IMG/VR virus record: IMGVR_UViG_3300025875_000030
Coordinates: 1 to 56,057 of that record
Length of the DNA: 56,057 nt
Direction: 5' to 3' (one strand)
From: a virus
Lineage: Duplodnaviria; Caudoviricetes
The position numbers and the translations under genes are program-made. The notes under the pieces were generated by a model that saw only the letters and a list, made by a program, of their open reading frames with translations, made no database searches and was not told the origin of the DNA. Of this stretch, positions 55,547-56,057 are shown one piece after another. Numbering within the stretch: the stretch's first letter is position 1; each line of letters opens with the position of its first letter.

Positions 55547-56057
55547 TCAAAATAGTTCTTTTTGTATTGGGAATGTTGGTAATGATGCTGGGGAGATGGC
55601 TGCCATGGGCCGGTGCTCTCCTCCTGCTTTTGTTTTCTTAGTATGGCAGATGTGGCACAATGGCTGGTAATTATTAAGCCAACAGCCTCCTCCGCCTTTC
55701 TTTACAGCAATGATGTGATCCTTTTGTATCCAATCCCCGTATCCGTTGCCCCAATCATCCGGGCAATCTTTCCACGTTCCATTGCAGTTGCAGCAAGCCC
55801 ATCCGCCATACAAGAGAGTAACATATCTCTTAATTACATCATGGTTCCCGGCAATGATGGCATAAACAACACCAACAAAATTTGAGCAATCATCCGTGGC
55901 CCATCTTGAGCGCCGCCCGGTTAACTCCTCCCCGCATCCACACGCGCAAATGCCGGGCTCTATTTGGGGGAACATCTTTGCCATCTGCAACGGTTGTACC
56001 CTCTTGTAATGATTAACCTCAATGCGGGCATATACAGGTGCCGGATCAAACAGGAGC
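55547..56057 (-). CDS. HNH endonuclease with Zn-binding motifs (3' part; continues from 1-219)
   Basis: CACGC, CCNC, DHIIAVKKGGG, NYQPLCHICHTKKT HNH signature. Confidence 0.85.
   Translation of the reverse strand, partial: LLFDPAPVYARIEVNHYKRVQPLQMAKMFPQIEPGICACGCGEELTGRRSRWATDDCSNFVGVVYAIIAGNHDVIKRYVTLLYGGWACCNCNGTWKDCPDDWGNGYGDWIQKDHIIAVKKGGGGCWLNNYQPLCHICHTKKTKAGGEHRPMAAISPASLPTFPIQKELF
55931..56057. repeat. Second copy of the 127-bp terminal overlap
   Basis: Identical to 1-127. Confidence 0.95.

Noticed and set aside
437-55885. Plus-strand ORFs and nested alternative-frame ORFs in the track
   Set aside because: They shadow well-supported minus-strand genes and show no recognisable motifs.
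1-56057. Integrase/lysogeny module, tRNA genes, CRISPR array
   Set aside because: No recombinase motifs, cloverleaf or repeat-spacer periodicity recognised by eye.

Overview
The window is an essentially complete, circularly assembled ~55.9 kb dsDNA tailed-phage genome with siphovirus architecture. Bases 1-127 are repeated at 55931-56057, and an HNH gene reads in frame across the join. TAnnTTTG/TTG promoters, DUF3127-type SSB and signal/lipoprotein leaders point to a Bacteroidota (probably Flavobacteriaceae) host. Every credible gene is on the minus strand. Modules: packaging (terS, terL, SPP1-type portal), head, tail, fibres, a membrane-protein-rich lysis region, replication/recombination (initiator, RepA-like and PIF1 helicases, RecT plus exonuclease, RuvC, SSB, DEDDh exonuclease), a DNA methyltransferase beside DUF5131, and many small accessory genes. 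I saw no integrase, DNA polymerase, tRNA or CRISPR array. The main unexplained signal is a two-layer regulatory circuit: (i) an 18-bp palindrome ATATAAAATATTTTATAT inside five promoters of early-type operons, and (ii) a ~85-nt promoter-to-terminator unit at ~24737-24822 that is antisense to a leader motif (AAACAGUAAAA) and a start context (C-GUG-GAA) shared by about a dozen phage genes, including the first gene of each early-type operon. This looks like a trans-acting multi-target phage sRNA. Also notable: an Ig-like domain behind an in-frame UGA on the tail tube gene, signal-peptide-like leaders on virion proteins, a PEP-CTERM-like sorted peptide, and strong short-motif bias that breaks down in the distal fibre gene. 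All family calls are by motif recognition; no database search was run.
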